From an uncultured Spirochaetales bacterium (GTDB taxonomy: Bacteria > Spirochaetota > Spirochaetia > SPDA01 > CAZJBZ01), in NCBI GenBank assembly GCA_964594055.1, contig CAZQKT010000001.1, positions 11,577-75,576 on the forward strand: a stretch of DNA of 64,000 nucleotides, written 5' to 3'. The position numbers and the translations under genes are program-made. Position 1 is the first letter of the stretch. Each line of letters begins with the position of its first letter. Positions 19,259-28,561 of the stretch are shown here, piece after piece. The notes under the pieces were generated by a model, which saw only the letters and a list, made by a program, of their open reading frames with translations, made no database searches and had not been told where the DNA came from.

Positions 19259-20359
19259 ATGAAAAAGGGTCTGAGCATCATTTTCCATCTTTCCAAATCG
19301 TTTTTTCTTCAGGAGTTTCGCTCGCGAGATTCCATTTTCTGGATACTGCTTTTTCCGGTATTTATGTTCATTCTCTTCGGTGTTCTCCTCGGAGAAACCG
19401 ATGTGCGAGACGGTTCTATCACAATCGGTGTTGACGAAGTGTTGTCTCAACAGTCCGAATCTTTCAACCGGTTTGTCATGAAATCACTCGAGGAGAGTGA
19501 AACCGTCACTACGGTTACGGCAAACAAGCAAAGAGGATTGGATGCGCTAGCGGAGAACAAAATCTACGCGTTCATCACGAGCGGAGAAGATGAAGATTCC
19601 TATACCGTCTATGTCACTGAAAAAAACAAACCTTTTCAGTCCGTTCTTTCTTCGGTTCTGGGAAAATCAACACTTGATTCAATTAAGAGGATTATAAGGG
19701 GGCGGGTCCCCGTTACCTATCGGATCGAGCTCCTCGAAAACAGAGGCCGGCCTCTCAGATACATCTACTATCTTCTTTCAGGAATAATCGGAATTGCTAT
19801 GATGATGAACTGCTTTACGGCAATTCCGCAGACGATTATCAGTTACAGAAAACAGGGATTTTTAACACGGCTTGCCTTCTCTCCGCTGCGGAAAAGCCAA
19901 TTTACAATCAGCGTGATCATTCAGCGGATTATTTTCGGAGTGACCCAGCTTTTCCTTCTTTTAGCTGTGGCCTCGCTGTTGTTCGGTGCTCGTCTTAACC
20001 CGTCCGTTTTCGCTTTTGCGATTACCTTTCTGTTAGGCACGACGACCCTCGCCGTAATTGGGTTCTTTCTCTCCGGCCTTCTCCAATCGGTCGAATCGGC
20101 TATTGCCGTGGCACAGATCCTCACTATCCTGTTTCTGTTTACCTGCGGTATTTTCGTCCCTTTAGAAGTACTTCCTCCCTATCTGACCTGGATCACCAAA
20201 ATAAATCCGGCGTGGCATCTTTCAAATGCCGTCTATTTTACCCTTGTATTAGGGTACGGTATTGAAACTATTATGCGCCCCCTTTTTTGGCTCCTCGTCA
20301 TGGGCATGATCTTTTTTGTTCTCACTGTGATTACATTTCGCTATGAGAAACGTGTTTAA
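19259..20359 (+). CDS. ABC-2 family transporter permease
   Basis: 366 aa. One N-terminal TM, a large loop and a C-terminal 5-TM bundle. It sits immediately after the ATPase gene. Confidence 0.65.
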   Translation: MKKGLSIIFHLSKSFFLQEFRSRDSIFWILLFPVFMFILFGVLLGETDVRDGSITIGVDEVLSQQSESFNRFVMKSLEESETVTTVTANKQRGLDALAENKIYAFITSGEDEDSYTVYVTEKNKPFQSVLSSVLGKSTLDSIKRIIRGRVPVTYRIELLENRGRPLRYIYYLLSGIIGIAMMMNCFTAIPQTIISYRKQGFLTRLAFSPLRKSQFTISVIIQRIIFGVTQLFLLLAVASLLFGARLNPSVFAFAITFLLGTTTLAVIGFFLSGLLQSVESAIAVAQILTILFLFTCGIFVPLEVLPPYLTWITKINPAWHLSNAVYFTLVLGYGIETIMRPLFWLLVMGMIFFVLTVITFRYEKRV

Positions 20360-20378
20360 AAAGTGTTAGGAGAACTAT

Positions 20379-21857
20379 ATGGGAAAAAAAGTTGTTATTA
20401 TCGGAGGCGGTTTGTCAGGGCTCTCTTCTGCAGCATTGCTCGGCAGGGAGGGGTATGCCGTAACCGTCGTTGAGAAACACTCAGTTCCGGGCGGAGTTGC
20501 CCGGGTGGCAAGAGAGAATGGGTTTGTCTTTGATATGGGGCCGACATGGTATCTCATGCCGGAAGTATTCGAACATTTTTTTGAACTCTTTGATAAAAAT
20601 ATTTCCGACTATTATGAGCTTGTTGAGCTTGATCCGTCGTATCAGGTTTTCTTCGAAGGAAAGGGGAACGTCACGCTCTCTCGCGATCGTGAAGCAAACA
20701 AAAAAATTTTTGATTTATTCGAGCCCGACGGCGGTGAGAAACTCGACCGCTATCTTGCAAATTCCGCGGTAAAGTACTCTATTGCCGTAAACGAGTTTCT
20801 CTATCGTGAGTTTACCGGGTTCTTTCAGTTTTTGAATATGCGTGTACTCCGGGACGGGTTGAAATTAAATATATTTCGGCGCCTCGATGCTTTTATGAAT
20901 AAGTATTTTACTAGTAGTGAGGCCCGAAAAGTTCTCGGGTTTAACACCGTTTTTTTAGGCTCCAGTCCCTACAAGACTCCGGCGCTCTATTCCCTGATGA
21001 GTCATGCCGATCTGACGCAGGGGGTGTTTTATCCCATGGGCGGAATAGGGAGTATGGTGGAAGCACTGCACAAACTCGGAGAAGAGCAGGGGGTAACATA
21101 CAGGTTCAGTGAGAACGCAACAAAGATCGAAGTCACTGATGGGAAAACCACCGGGGTTACTACCGATAAAGGATTTATTTCGGCGGATATTGTGCTCTCC
21201 TCGGTAGATTACCACTATACGGATACGACCCTCCTCGACAAACCGTATGCAAATTATTCTCATACGTATTGGAAGAAACGGGTAATGGCCCCCTCCACGT
21301 TTCTCATTTTTCTCGGGTTGACAAAAAAAGTCGAAAATCTTATGCACCACAATTTCTTTTTTGTTGAAGATTGGGAAGGTAATTTCCGGATGATCTTTGA
21401 CGAGAAATCGTGGCCTGAACATCCGTCGTACTATGTGGGGGTGCCTTCCAAAACGGACACTACTCTTTGTCCAGAAGGAGGAGAGACCCTTTTTATACTT
21501 GTTCCGGTAGCCCCCGGGCTCGATGATCCTGATGAGTTCCGCGAACGGTACGCGGAGAACGTATTGGTCCACCTCGAAGGGTTGACCGGACAGGAGATTC
21601 GTTCTCATATTGCATACAAAAGAATTATAAGCCATCGGGACTTTATCGATGGTAATAATATCTATAAAGGCTCCTCGCTCGGGCTTGCTCATACCTTGTT
21701 CCAGACAGCACTGTTGAGGCCGTCACATCGAAGTAAAAAAGTCCCCAATCTCTACTATACCGGCCATTATACCCAGCCGGGCATCGGCATGCCCATGCAG
21801 CTTATAGGCTCCGAGTTAGTGGCGAAGAGAATAAAAGACGAGATGGGCACGGAATAG
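20379..21857 (+). CDS. crtI: Phytoene desaturase family enzyme (CrtI/CrtN-type carotenoid desaturase)
   Basis: 492 aa. N-terminal FAD dinucleotide fold (KVVIIGGGLSGLSSAALLGREGYAVTVVEKHSVPGG) and the C-terminal CrtI family signature (TGHYTQPGIGMPMQLIGSELVA). RBS aggag precedes the start. Confidence 0.8.
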   Translation: MGKKVVIIGGGLSGLSSAALLGREGYAVTVVEKHSVPGGVARVARENGFVFDMGPTWYLMPEVFEHFFELFDKNISDYYELVELDPSYQVFFEGKGNVTLSRDREANKKIFDLFEPDGGEKLDRYLANSAVKYSIAVNEFLYREFTGFFQFLNMRVLRDGLKLNIFRRLDAFMNKYFTSSEARKVLGFNTVFLGSSPYKTPALYSLMSHADLTQGVFYPMGGIGSMVEALHKLGEEQGVTYRFSENATKIEVTDGKTTGVTTDKGFISADIVLSSVDYHYTDTTLLDKPYANYSHTYWKKRVMAPSTFLIFLGLTKKVENLMHHNFFFVEDWEGNFRMIFDEKSWPEHPSYYVGVPSKTDTTLCPEGGETLFILVPVAPGLDDPDEFRERYAENVLVHLEGLTGQEIRSHIAYKRIISHRDFIDGNNIYKGSSLGLAHTLFQTALLRPSHRSKKVPNLYYTGHYTQPGIGMPMQLIGSELVAKRIKDEMGTE

Positions 21858-21858
21858 T

Positions 21859-22944
21859 ATGTCCACGCTTGGGATGCTTTCGTTCTGGTCTGCCGTCGGT
21901 TATTGGATCGCCGGATGGTTTTTATTTGTCGGAGTAAAACGTCTTTCCGAGCACCCCCCGCGGAGCACTCAGTCCCCGGTCTCGGTTATCATTCCGGCGC
22001 GCAATGAAGAACAGGTGCTTCCCCGGCTGCTCGATTCCCTCAATAAGCAGACCGACCCTCCGGATGAGATCATCGTGATCAATGACAATTCTTCGGACAG
22101 GACCGCTGAGATTGCAGAGAAATACGGCTGCAGGGTGATACATGTACCGTCAAAACCGGAAGACTGGACCGGGAAAGCGTGGGCCTGCTGGACCGGTGCC
22201 GATGCGGCAATGCATGATCTGCTGCTCTTCATTGATGCAGATGTATGGTGCGGAAAAGATGCCGTTTCCGCGCTCAGGTCGGTATGGCTGGAGCACGGCG
22301 GACTGGTGTCGGTCCAGCCGAAGCATATTACGGAAAAGTTCTATGAACAGTGTTCCGCTTTTTTCAACATCGTATCAGTGGCGGCAGCAGGCAGAAAAGG
22401 GAGTTTTGGTCCGTGTATGGTATGCTCTAAGAAAGATTATAGTGAATCCGGGGGCCATAAGGCTGTCCGTGATCAAGTAGTCGATGATGTAGCGCTCGCG
22501 AAACAGTTTTTAAAAAAAGGAAACCAGGTGACCCCGTTTATGGGGATGAGCGAGATGAAGTTCCGTATGTATCCGGGAGGTGTACGGCAGCTCTTTGAGG
22601 GATGGACGAAAAACATGGCTGCAGGTGCCACTTTGACCGGGTTTTTATCGGTAATTCTTCTTTTTTTCTGGTTTACCGGAATCATAAACTCTATTACTGC
22701 GGTACTGTTTACCGCTCTTACTCCCGACTATTGGTTATTGGCTGCAGCACTTATCACCTGCGGCGCATATGTAGTCCAAATTCATCTGCTTTTAAGGCGG
22801 GTGGGGCGTTTTTTCTTTACTACAGCACTATTCTATCCATTTTATTTCCTCTTTTTTTTGCTCCTGTTCTTCATTTCTATTATATTAACTGCGGTTATAG
22901 GAAAGGTGCGATGGAAGGGCAGAATTATTTATCTGAGGCGGTAG
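21859..22944 (+). CDS. Family 2 glycosyltransferase, carotenoid glycosyltransferase-like (CrtQ/CruC-like)
   Basis: 361 aa. N-terminal TM, a GT-A fold (VSVIIPARNEEQVLPRLLDSLNKQT...IIVINDNSSDRT, DxD in FIDADV) and C-terminal TM helices. Sits between carotenoid genes. Confidence 0.6.
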   Translation: MSTLGMLSFWSAVGYWIAGWFLFVGVKRLSEHPPRSTQSPVSVIIPARNEEQVLPRLLDSLNKQTDPPDEIIVINDNSSDRTAEIAEKYGCRVIHVPSKPEDWTGKAWACWTGADAAMHDLLLFIDADVWCGKDAVSALRSVWLEHGGLVSVQPKHITEKFYEQCSAFFNIVSVAAAGRKGSFGPCMVCSKKDYSESGGHKAVRDQVVDDVALAKQFLKKGNQVTPFMGMSEMKFRMYPGGVRQLFEGWTKNMAAGATLTGFLSVILLFFWFTGIINSITAVLFTALTPDYWLLAAALITCGAYVVQIHLLLRRVGRFFFTTALFYPFYFLFFLLLFFISIILTAVIGKVRWKGRIIYLRR

Positions 22945-22954
22945 CGGACCGATT

Positions 22955-23452
22955 ATGGTAATCGATATAAAGAGTGCAGCGGCTTTGATTTTCGCCAATT
23001 CTCTCGGCTGGTTTTTAGTTATTTTCTCTGCCGGGTTTTTCATCCATCGAATTCCGCTGTATCTTTTTGATTACCATTCTGCTTTTTTCCGCCCTTTTGG
23101 TTTCGAGCGGGAGGGGAAGATCTACGAGAACGTTTTTAGGATTAAAGTGTGGAAAGACTATCTGCCCGAAGGAGGAGGAGTGTTTAGGGGCGGATTTGTA
23201 AAGAGAAAGGCGGACACACGAACTGTCGGCTATCTAGAGACGTTTGCAAAAGAGACTTGTAGAGCCGAGTTCGTCCACTGGGTTATCATTCTCTTCTTGC
23301 CGCTCTTTTTTTTGTGGAACCCTCCTCTCGGAGTGATAATTATGCTTCCCCTCGTAGTGGTATTGAATCTTCCCTTTATTATGATTCAACGGTACAACAG
23401 GCCTCGATTGGTGAAAATTCTTACTAAGAAGGTGATAGACAGTGGCAGTTGA
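22955..23452 (+). CDS. Small membrane acyltransferase, CrtO/CruD-like (glycosyl-carotenoid acyltransferase family)
   Basis: 165 aa. Two TM regions flank a conserved loop; size and topology match staphylococcal CrtO-type carotenoid glycoside acyltransferases. Assignment is from context plus pattern only. Confidence 0.45.
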   Translation: MVIDIKSAAALIFANSLGWFLVIFSAGFFIHRIPLYLFDYHSAFFRPFGFEREGKIYENVFRIKVWKDYLPEGGGVFRGGFVKRKADTRTVGYLETFAKETCRAEFVHWVIILFLPLFFLWNPPLGVIIMLPLVVVLNLPFIMIQRYNRPRLVKILTKKVIDSGS

Positions 23453-24272
23453 AAAAATTCAAAAGGAAAAATTCAAAAGAGGGAGCAAGACGTACTTCAA
23501 CAGCAGTCTCTTTTTCCCTAAATCGGTTCGCAATGATGTCTTTATTCTCTATGCATTTGTCCGCACGGCTGATGATTTCGTCGACGATATTCCGCAAGAC
23601 CCTCGCGGGTTTTATGATTTTCGAAACCGGTATAAAGCGGCGCTCGAAGGAACACCCAGCGGTGATGTTATAATCGATTCGTTCGTGGCCCTCGCAGCAA
23701 GAAAACGATTTGATCCGGCATGGACGGACGGGTTTCTCGATTCTATGGAAATGGACCTGACGAAAACAGAATACACCACGCTTAAAGAAACACTCCGTTA
23801 TATGTACGGTTCCGCGGAGGTAATCGGGCTGTATATGGCACGCATTATGGACCTGCCCTACGAGGCCCATTATGCAGCGAAAATGTTGGGAAGGGCAATG
23901 CAGTATATCAATTTTATCAGAGACATCGATGAGGACATATCATTAGGCAGGACGTATCTTCCCCTCTCCGGCTCAGGACTGACATCCCTGCGGAAAAGAG
24001 ATGTAATCTCAACGGATTCCCAAACAAAACGTTTCACCTCGTTTGTTCGCAAAAATATTGATCTGTATTATATATGGCAAAGGGAGGCTGAACAGGGGTA
24101 CCGGTATATTCCCCGCCGTTATCTCATCCCTATCAAGACCGCAGCGGATATGTACGGCTGGACAGCGTCCGTCATCAGGGAAAATCCGCTCGTTGTTTAT
24201 GAAAAAAAAGTTAAACCTTCGAAACTCCGTATTCTGGTTACTGTTTTTAAAAACAGCAGAGGAGGCTATTGA
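23442..24272 (+). CDS. crtB: Phytoene/squalene (dehydrosqualene) synthase family
   Basis: 276 aa. First aspartate-rich motif YAFVRTADDFVDD and second motif (YINFIRDIDEDISLGRTYLP) of trans-isoprenyl diphosphate synthase head-to-head enzymes. GTG start overlaps the previous gene. Confidence 0.8.
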   Translation: MAVEKIQKEKFKRGSKTYFNSSLFFPKSVRNDVFILYAFVRTADDFVDDIPQDPRGFYDFRNRYKAALEGTPSGDVIIDSFVALAARKRFDPAWTDGFLDSMEMDLTKTEYTTLKETLRYMYGSAEVIGLYMARIMDLPYEAHYAAKMLGRAMQYINFIRDIDEDISLGRTYLPLSGSGLTSLRKRDVISTDSQTKRFTSFVRKNIDLYYIWQREAEQGYRYIPRRYLIPIKTAADMYGWTASVIRENPLVVYEKKVKPSKLRILVTVFKNSRGGY

Positions 24273-24274
24273 TC

Positions 24275-24958
24275 ATGGAGAAGGGCAAGGGTAAAAACAG
24301 ATTCGTCAATCTGCTCAAAGAGGTGTATTCCCATAAAAAAATTATTATCTTTATTCTCGCCTCTTTTTATGCGATGGGTATCCTCTGGCATGCTCTCCCT
24401 CTAACCTATCCGTTGATGCTGATCGTGACCCCTTCTGTGCTTCTTGTTTTTGGATTGTTTATTTTCGGTGCAGGGCTTCTGGAAGGGGGGAAGCTGTTTC
24501 TCGGCTGGTCGGTCGTCACTTTTTTGGCAACATTTGCCGTCGAGGCTGCGGGAGTGGCAACCGGAAGTATTTTCGGTGAATACTATTATGGCGATGTTTT
24601 GGGGGCCAAGATACTCGGTGTCCCTCTGGTAATCGGATTTAATTGGACCATCGTTGTATTCGGTATTGCCTCTTTCGTAGGTAGATTTATTTCGAACCGG
24701 GTATTGGCCGCCTTCCTGACTGCGTGCGGCGGCGTTGTTTTTGATTGGCTCATGGAACCGATAGCGATGGCCCTCGGTTATTGGGAGTGGATTGGTAATT
24801 CGGTCCCGTTCCAAAACTACCTTGCGTGGTTTATTATCGGGTTTGGAGCAGGTCTCGGTTTTTTTGCTTTTAATCTTCGCATAAAGAGTAATTATCCGCC
24901 GATATACGTACTTATACAGGCGTTATTTTTCATTGGTCTGCGGTTTGTTGTCGTGTAA
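24275..24958 (+). CDS. Polytopic membrane protein, putative carotenoid-modifying enzyme (CruF-type 1,2-hydratase-like)
   Basis: ~227 aa with 6-7 TM helices. It is the last gene of the crt operon. Assignment to the 'carotenoid biosynthesis protein' membrane family is tentative, based on context and hydropathy only. Confidence 0.3.
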   Translation: MEKGKGKNRFVNLLKEVYSHKKIIIFILASFYAMGILWHALPLTYPLMLIVTPSVLLVFGLFIFGAGLLEGGKLFLGWSVVTFLATFAVEAAGVATGSIFGEYYYGDVLGAKILGVPLVIGFNWTIVVFGIASFVGRFISNRVLAAFLTACGGVVFDWLMEPIAMALGYWEWIGNSVPFQNYLAWFIIGFGAGLGFFAFNLRIKSNYPPIYVLIQALFFIGLRFVVV

Positions 24959-24966
24959 CGGACACG

Positions 24967-26028
24967 TTATCGAGTCCGTTCGAGACTGTATGTAAGAAGG
25001 TCCATCAATAAACCTCGAGCTTCTTCATTCCGGCATGCAAGCATTTTTATCCGCTCACGCACTTCTTCGGCAATGGTTTTCACTGTAGTTTCCACTTTCT
25101 CTTTTATTCCGAGCCGGTCGATTCGTTTTTGAATAAACTCGATATCCTCCGTGGTGATATCCTTGTTGCCGAACAGGGAGAGAAGATGCTGTTTTTCCTC
25201 CCCTTCACCACTGTTTATAAGATAATGATAGTAGAGTGTTTTTTTCCCTTCGCGGATATCCGAGCCTATTGGTTTTCCTACCGTTTCCTTCCCGCCGAAC
25301 ATCCCCAGTTCATCATCCTTGATTTGAAACAATATTCCCAGCTGTGTTCCAATACTCTCGAGGGATGAAATCGTTTCATCGTTTTCTCCTGCAGACATCG
25401 CCCCGGCCATAAGAGGAAGAGAAAACGTATAGCGGGCCGTTTTATACGTATACAGGTGGATAATCTCGTCGACAGACCGAACTTTGCTGTCCGACCCCCA
25501 CAGAACATCTACCATTTGGGCCACCCCTACAAGAGTCAACTCTCTGCTGCAGAGTGTAAGCAGGCGGATTATACTCTGGTTTGGAAGGTTGTTTTTTGAT
25601 AGAATTTCAAAGGCCAAGAAGTAGGCGATATCGCCGGCGCAAATCCCTAACGCTTCTCCCGTGTGGACAGGGTCGGAAAGTTTTTCTTGATCGGCAAATG
25701 AGATATACTCGGCATATATCGATGGAGAACCTCTTCTGTGCTTGTCACGGTCCATGATGTCGTCATGGATGAGAAGTGCGGATTGAAATAATTCTTGCAC
25801 CGCACCGAGCGGGGTCGTGATATCTTCATTCGGAGAAGAGTATAGTTCGTACCCGAGGCAGACGAGAGCTCCTCTGATCATTTTACCCTTCAATGTAAAC
25901 GAGAGGAGTTTACTGCTTAAGCTCTCTCCTATCGGATGGATTGACTGCAGAGTAGGACCGTAACTGCTGATAAAATCATTGAGGTATCTGCTTATGCGTT
26001 CTTTTTTTTCCGCGATATACGATTTCAT
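24967..26028 (-). CDS. Polyprenyl diphosphate synthase (GGPP/FPP synthase family)
   Basis: 353 aa. FARM (LIHDDIMDRDKHRRG) and SARM (FQIKDDELGMFG) aspartate-rich motifs. Confidence 0.8.
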   Translation of the reverse strand: MKSYIAEKKERISRYLNDFISSYGPTLQSIHPIGESLSSKLLSFTLKGKMIRGALVCLGYELYSSPNEDITTPLGAVQELFQSALLIHDDIMDRDKHRRGSPSIYAEYISFADQEKLSDPVHTGEALGICAGDIAYFLAFEILSKNNLPNQSIIRLLTLCSRELTLVGVAQMVDVLWGSDSKVRSVDEIIHLYTYKTARYTFSLPLMAGAMSAGENDETISSLESIGTQLGILFQIKDDELGMFGGKETVGKPIGSDIREGKKTLYYHYLINSGEGEEKQHLLSLFGNKDITTEDIEFIQKRIDRLGIKEKVETTVKTIAEEVRERIKMLACRNEEARGLLMDLLTYSLERTR

Positions 26029-26044
26029 ATAGCGGTGATTGCCG

Positions 26045-26587
26045 TTATAAGGTCACGGAGAAACTGATGCGTTTTGGATGTTTGGTTTTGAAATTGTCAC
26101 TTCGGTCCGGACCATAGGCGACGAGAATAACATGTTCCCGCCCTTTCTCGAGTTTTGTATCGTAAGAATCCCCGGAATCAAGCGGAATTGTAAATGTTAT
26201 CTCCGTACCGGAACTGTCTTCTTTTCCGGTATATTCGATAATATCGTTTGTCCCGCCTAACTCCGTATCAGGTCTATGCGAGAAAGCACCATCACCGAAA
26301 TGATCTTCGATAAAAAGTTCTCCCCCTTCAACATATCCGATAATGAAATTGGCATCTTTCATGGCATTAGAGGGATCGAAACCGACCCCAATCCATCCTT
26401 GTGTCGGTGCGTGTACAATAAACTCGGCATTGCCGCCCGATATCTTCCATTTGAACATGACACCTGCAGTCTCAACCGTTGTATACCCTTCACTGTCAAC
26501 AACGGGCTCTGCTTCTACTGAACCACCGGCAAAACTGAGACCGGCTACAATTGCGGCTAACATGAGAACACATAAAGCTTTCTTCAT
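26045..26587 (-). CDS. Secreted hypothetical protein (DOMON/CBM9-like beta-sandwich?)
   Basis: 180 aa with a signal peptide (MKKALCVLMLAAIVAGLSFAGG). G/D-rich beta-strand pattern; fold assignment is speculative. Confidence 0.3.
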   Translation of the reverse strand: MKKALCVLMLAAIVAGLSFAGGSVEAEPVVDSEGYTTVETAGVMFKWKISGGNAEFIVHAPTQGWIGVGFDPSNAMKDANFIIGYVEGGELFIEDHFGDGAFSHRPDTELGGTNDIIEYTGKEDSSGTEITFTIPLDSGDSYDTKLEKGREHVILVAYGPDRSDNFKTKHPKRISFSVTL

Positions 26588-26660
26588 ACCATCTCTCCTC
26601 TACTGAAACGTATTCTAAATAATAAAGAATGTAAAGAATACCGTATAAATACTAGTTCCG

Positions 26661-27650
26661 TCATGATTTCGGCAGAAGCATTCTGTAGAGTTTTTTCCTT
26701 TCAAACTCGCCGGCGTACAAAAAGTAGTCTGCAATTCCTGGAGGTACATGCGGCAGCACCGTTTCTGTGAGGTAAAAGTTGCCGGGTTTGGCAAACCGCT
26801 TTCCTAAATGATAGAGAGAGTTTACGGTATCGGAAATGACTGTTCCAGTATCACCCCGCTTTCTATATACCGTGTTCCCGATATCGAGAACGATGCGGTA
26901 GGACAGCAGGATATCATGTGGAAACTCCTCTGTGCTTATAATGGTCCTGTTGAGGATTATTTTAAAACATTCCAGAATTGGATCGCACGTGTGTCCATCG
27001 AACGGGAAAAGTACCAGGCCGCCGAATTGGTCCCAAATCCAGATGTTTCCATTCATCGGCGAAACCCGTCGTTCGATGAAATTGTGAAAATCTGTACCAA
27101 CTTTATCGAGGTGATATTTACCGGATTTCTTTTCCCAATCAGCGTGCAGATCCAGTTCGGTAAACATAAAGCAGAACGTATATTCTTTGCCCGGTTTTAT
27201 AGTTTTCCAATCTTTTCCCGAATAGATAGTAGGAGTATCTTTTTCCGCAACCTCTGTACCAACAATTTTGTGTGTATCTGCATATTTGAGAATCTGTTTT
27301 ATCCGTTTTGAAGGGATTCCTTTTTTGAGAATCGTTTGGCCGATATAATCTATTGCTCCTGCATGAAAAAGTGCGGCCGGGTCATTGATGATTCCGTTTT
27401 TATCAATAATCCCAATGCGTGAACTGTCTTGCTTCGCTAGAAAACGGACGAGCTTTGTTTGGTCGCGCCATCCGGGAGCTGAAATGTCGAGATAGTAAAT
27501 GGTGTCACTATTTTGTTTTTTTACGGCATCTTTCAGTTCGGAAACCGGTTTTACGGAAAAATCAAAATTGCGGGCCCTGCCGAGCGAATCAAACTTTTTT
27601 ATGACCGTATCGTTATCGGAATAAAGAATTATTGTCATACCGGCTCCCAT
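26661..27650 (-). CDS. Class III nucleotidyl-cyclase homologue, C2-like (degenerate metal site, conserved DTVN transition-state motif)
   Basis: 329 aa. C-terminal half: FCFMFTELDLHAD...GNIWIWDQFGGLVLFPF...YRIVLDIGNTVY...SDTVNSLYHLGKRF. The first-half Asp motif is degenerate but the 'GDTVN' motif is intact. The N-terminal ~150 aa is an unknown (REC-like?) domain. Overlaps the upstream gene by 16 nt. Confidence 0.45.
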   Translation of the reverse strand: MGAGMTIILYSDNDTVIKKFDSLGRARNFDFSVKPVSELKDAVKKQNSDTIYYLDISAPGWRDQTKLVRFLAKQDSSRIGIIDKNGIINDPAALFHAGAIDYIGQTILKKGIPSKRIKQILKYADTHKIVGTEVAEKDTPTIYSGKDWKTIKPGKEYTFCFMFTELDLHADWEKKSGKYHLDKVGTDFHNFIERRVSPMNGNIWIWDQFGGLVLFPFDGHTCDPILECFKIILNRTIISTEEFPHDILLSYRIVLDIGNTVYRKRGDTGTVISDTVNSLYHLGKRFAKPGNFYLTETVLPHVPPGIADYFLYAGEFERKKLYRMLLPKS

Positions 27651-28561
27651 TCCAATTCATACGCGTAAAGTTTTCTGTCCCCTTTACTGTTGATCGGCAA
27701 AAACTTGTTCGATACGATTTCATCGAGCATAACTTTTATTACCGGGCTGATGGTAATCGAATTCATTTTTGTCTGGGTAGATTCTATTTCCAATATACGT
27801 TTGATTGTATCACTTTTTGACAGTTCCTCTTCCTTTTCCGTGTATTCGAAGGAGCCGGAATGGACCGCAATACGGACTTTGAGAGGAGACTTGAGTTTAT
27901 TGTCAATACAATTGTATAAAAAGATGGAATGGATAATCTCCATTGCCGCCAATGTGGCGAGCAGATGCCTGTTGGAGAAGAAAAAAGCTGCCAAGCCCCC
28001 ATCACCTTCCCACGACCATATTCTTCCGTTACGCTTCACTGTAGAATTCTGAACGATGGTGCGCAAATCATCATACGCTTTTTTGACTTCTGTGGGAGAG
28101 TGCTGCCGGACCAAAGAGGTATTGCCTGCAATATCAACACGCAGAAACGCTATTGTGTACTCATCCCCCTTCTGAAGAGCGCCCCAATTTCTGGTCTGCC
28201 GATACCGTGAGTTTTCGACAAACATCTCATTCTCTTTGTCGTAAACAAATCCGAGTTCATAGACGCCGCGGATAATGTTGTTCAGATACGATATCGGATA
28301 TTTCCTCCCCATATGTCCGCTTTCCTGAATTTCGATCAGATAACTTACCAAATTGGGAAAAAGTCCACTTACTGATGCATCGGTGACGATCTGGTTTGCG
28401 ACCTCGAGGTTCGGAATTGCAATACTTGTCGGATAACCGGTCCTCTCGTATATATCATAATCGGGGATCAGCTTTTTTGCGATCATGCACATGGTGTGTG
28501 GGTCCATCGATTCCGCTAATGCTTTTGCACATTGGTTTAGTAAACTATTGGCAATCCGCAT
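27635..28561 (-). CDS. Class III nucleotidyl-cyclase homologue, C1-like (conserved metal-binding Asp motifs)
   Basis: 308 aa. AFLRVDIAGNTSLVRQHSPTEVKKAYDDL...KRNGRIWSWEGDGGLAAFFF...LKVRIAVHSGSF fits the F-x-D-I-x-G-F-T...K-x-x-GD-x-x-A-x-F...R-I-G-I-H-x-G pattern of adenylyl/guanylyl cyclase catalytic domains. The downstream 'DTVN..R' is degenerate (SDTIKRILEIE). Start ATG overlaps the stop of the upstream gene (TAATG). Confidence 0.5.
   Translation of the reverse strand: MRIANSLLNQCAKALAESMDPHTMCMIAKKLIPDYDIYERTGYPTSIAIPNLEVANQIVTDASVSGLFPNLVSYLIEIQESGHMGRKYPISYLNNIIRGVYELGFVYDKENEMFVENSRYRQTRNWGALQKGDEYTIAFLRVDIAGNTSLVRQHSPTEVKKAYDDLRTIVQNSTVKRNGRIWSWEGDGGLAAFFFSNRHLLATLAAMEIIHSIFLYNCIDNKLKSPLKVRIAVHSGSFEYTEKEEELSKSDTIKRILEIESTQTKMNSITISPVIKVMLDEIVSNKFLPINSKGDRKLYAYELEWEPV

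Noticed and set aside
27635-28561. GGDEF diguanylate cyclase assignment for the cyclase-like domains
   Set aside because: No GG(D/E)EF motif is present. The motif order F-x-D-I-x-G-x-T ... K-x-x-G-D-G ... R-I-x-x-H-x-G fits class III adenylyl/guanylyl cyclases instead.
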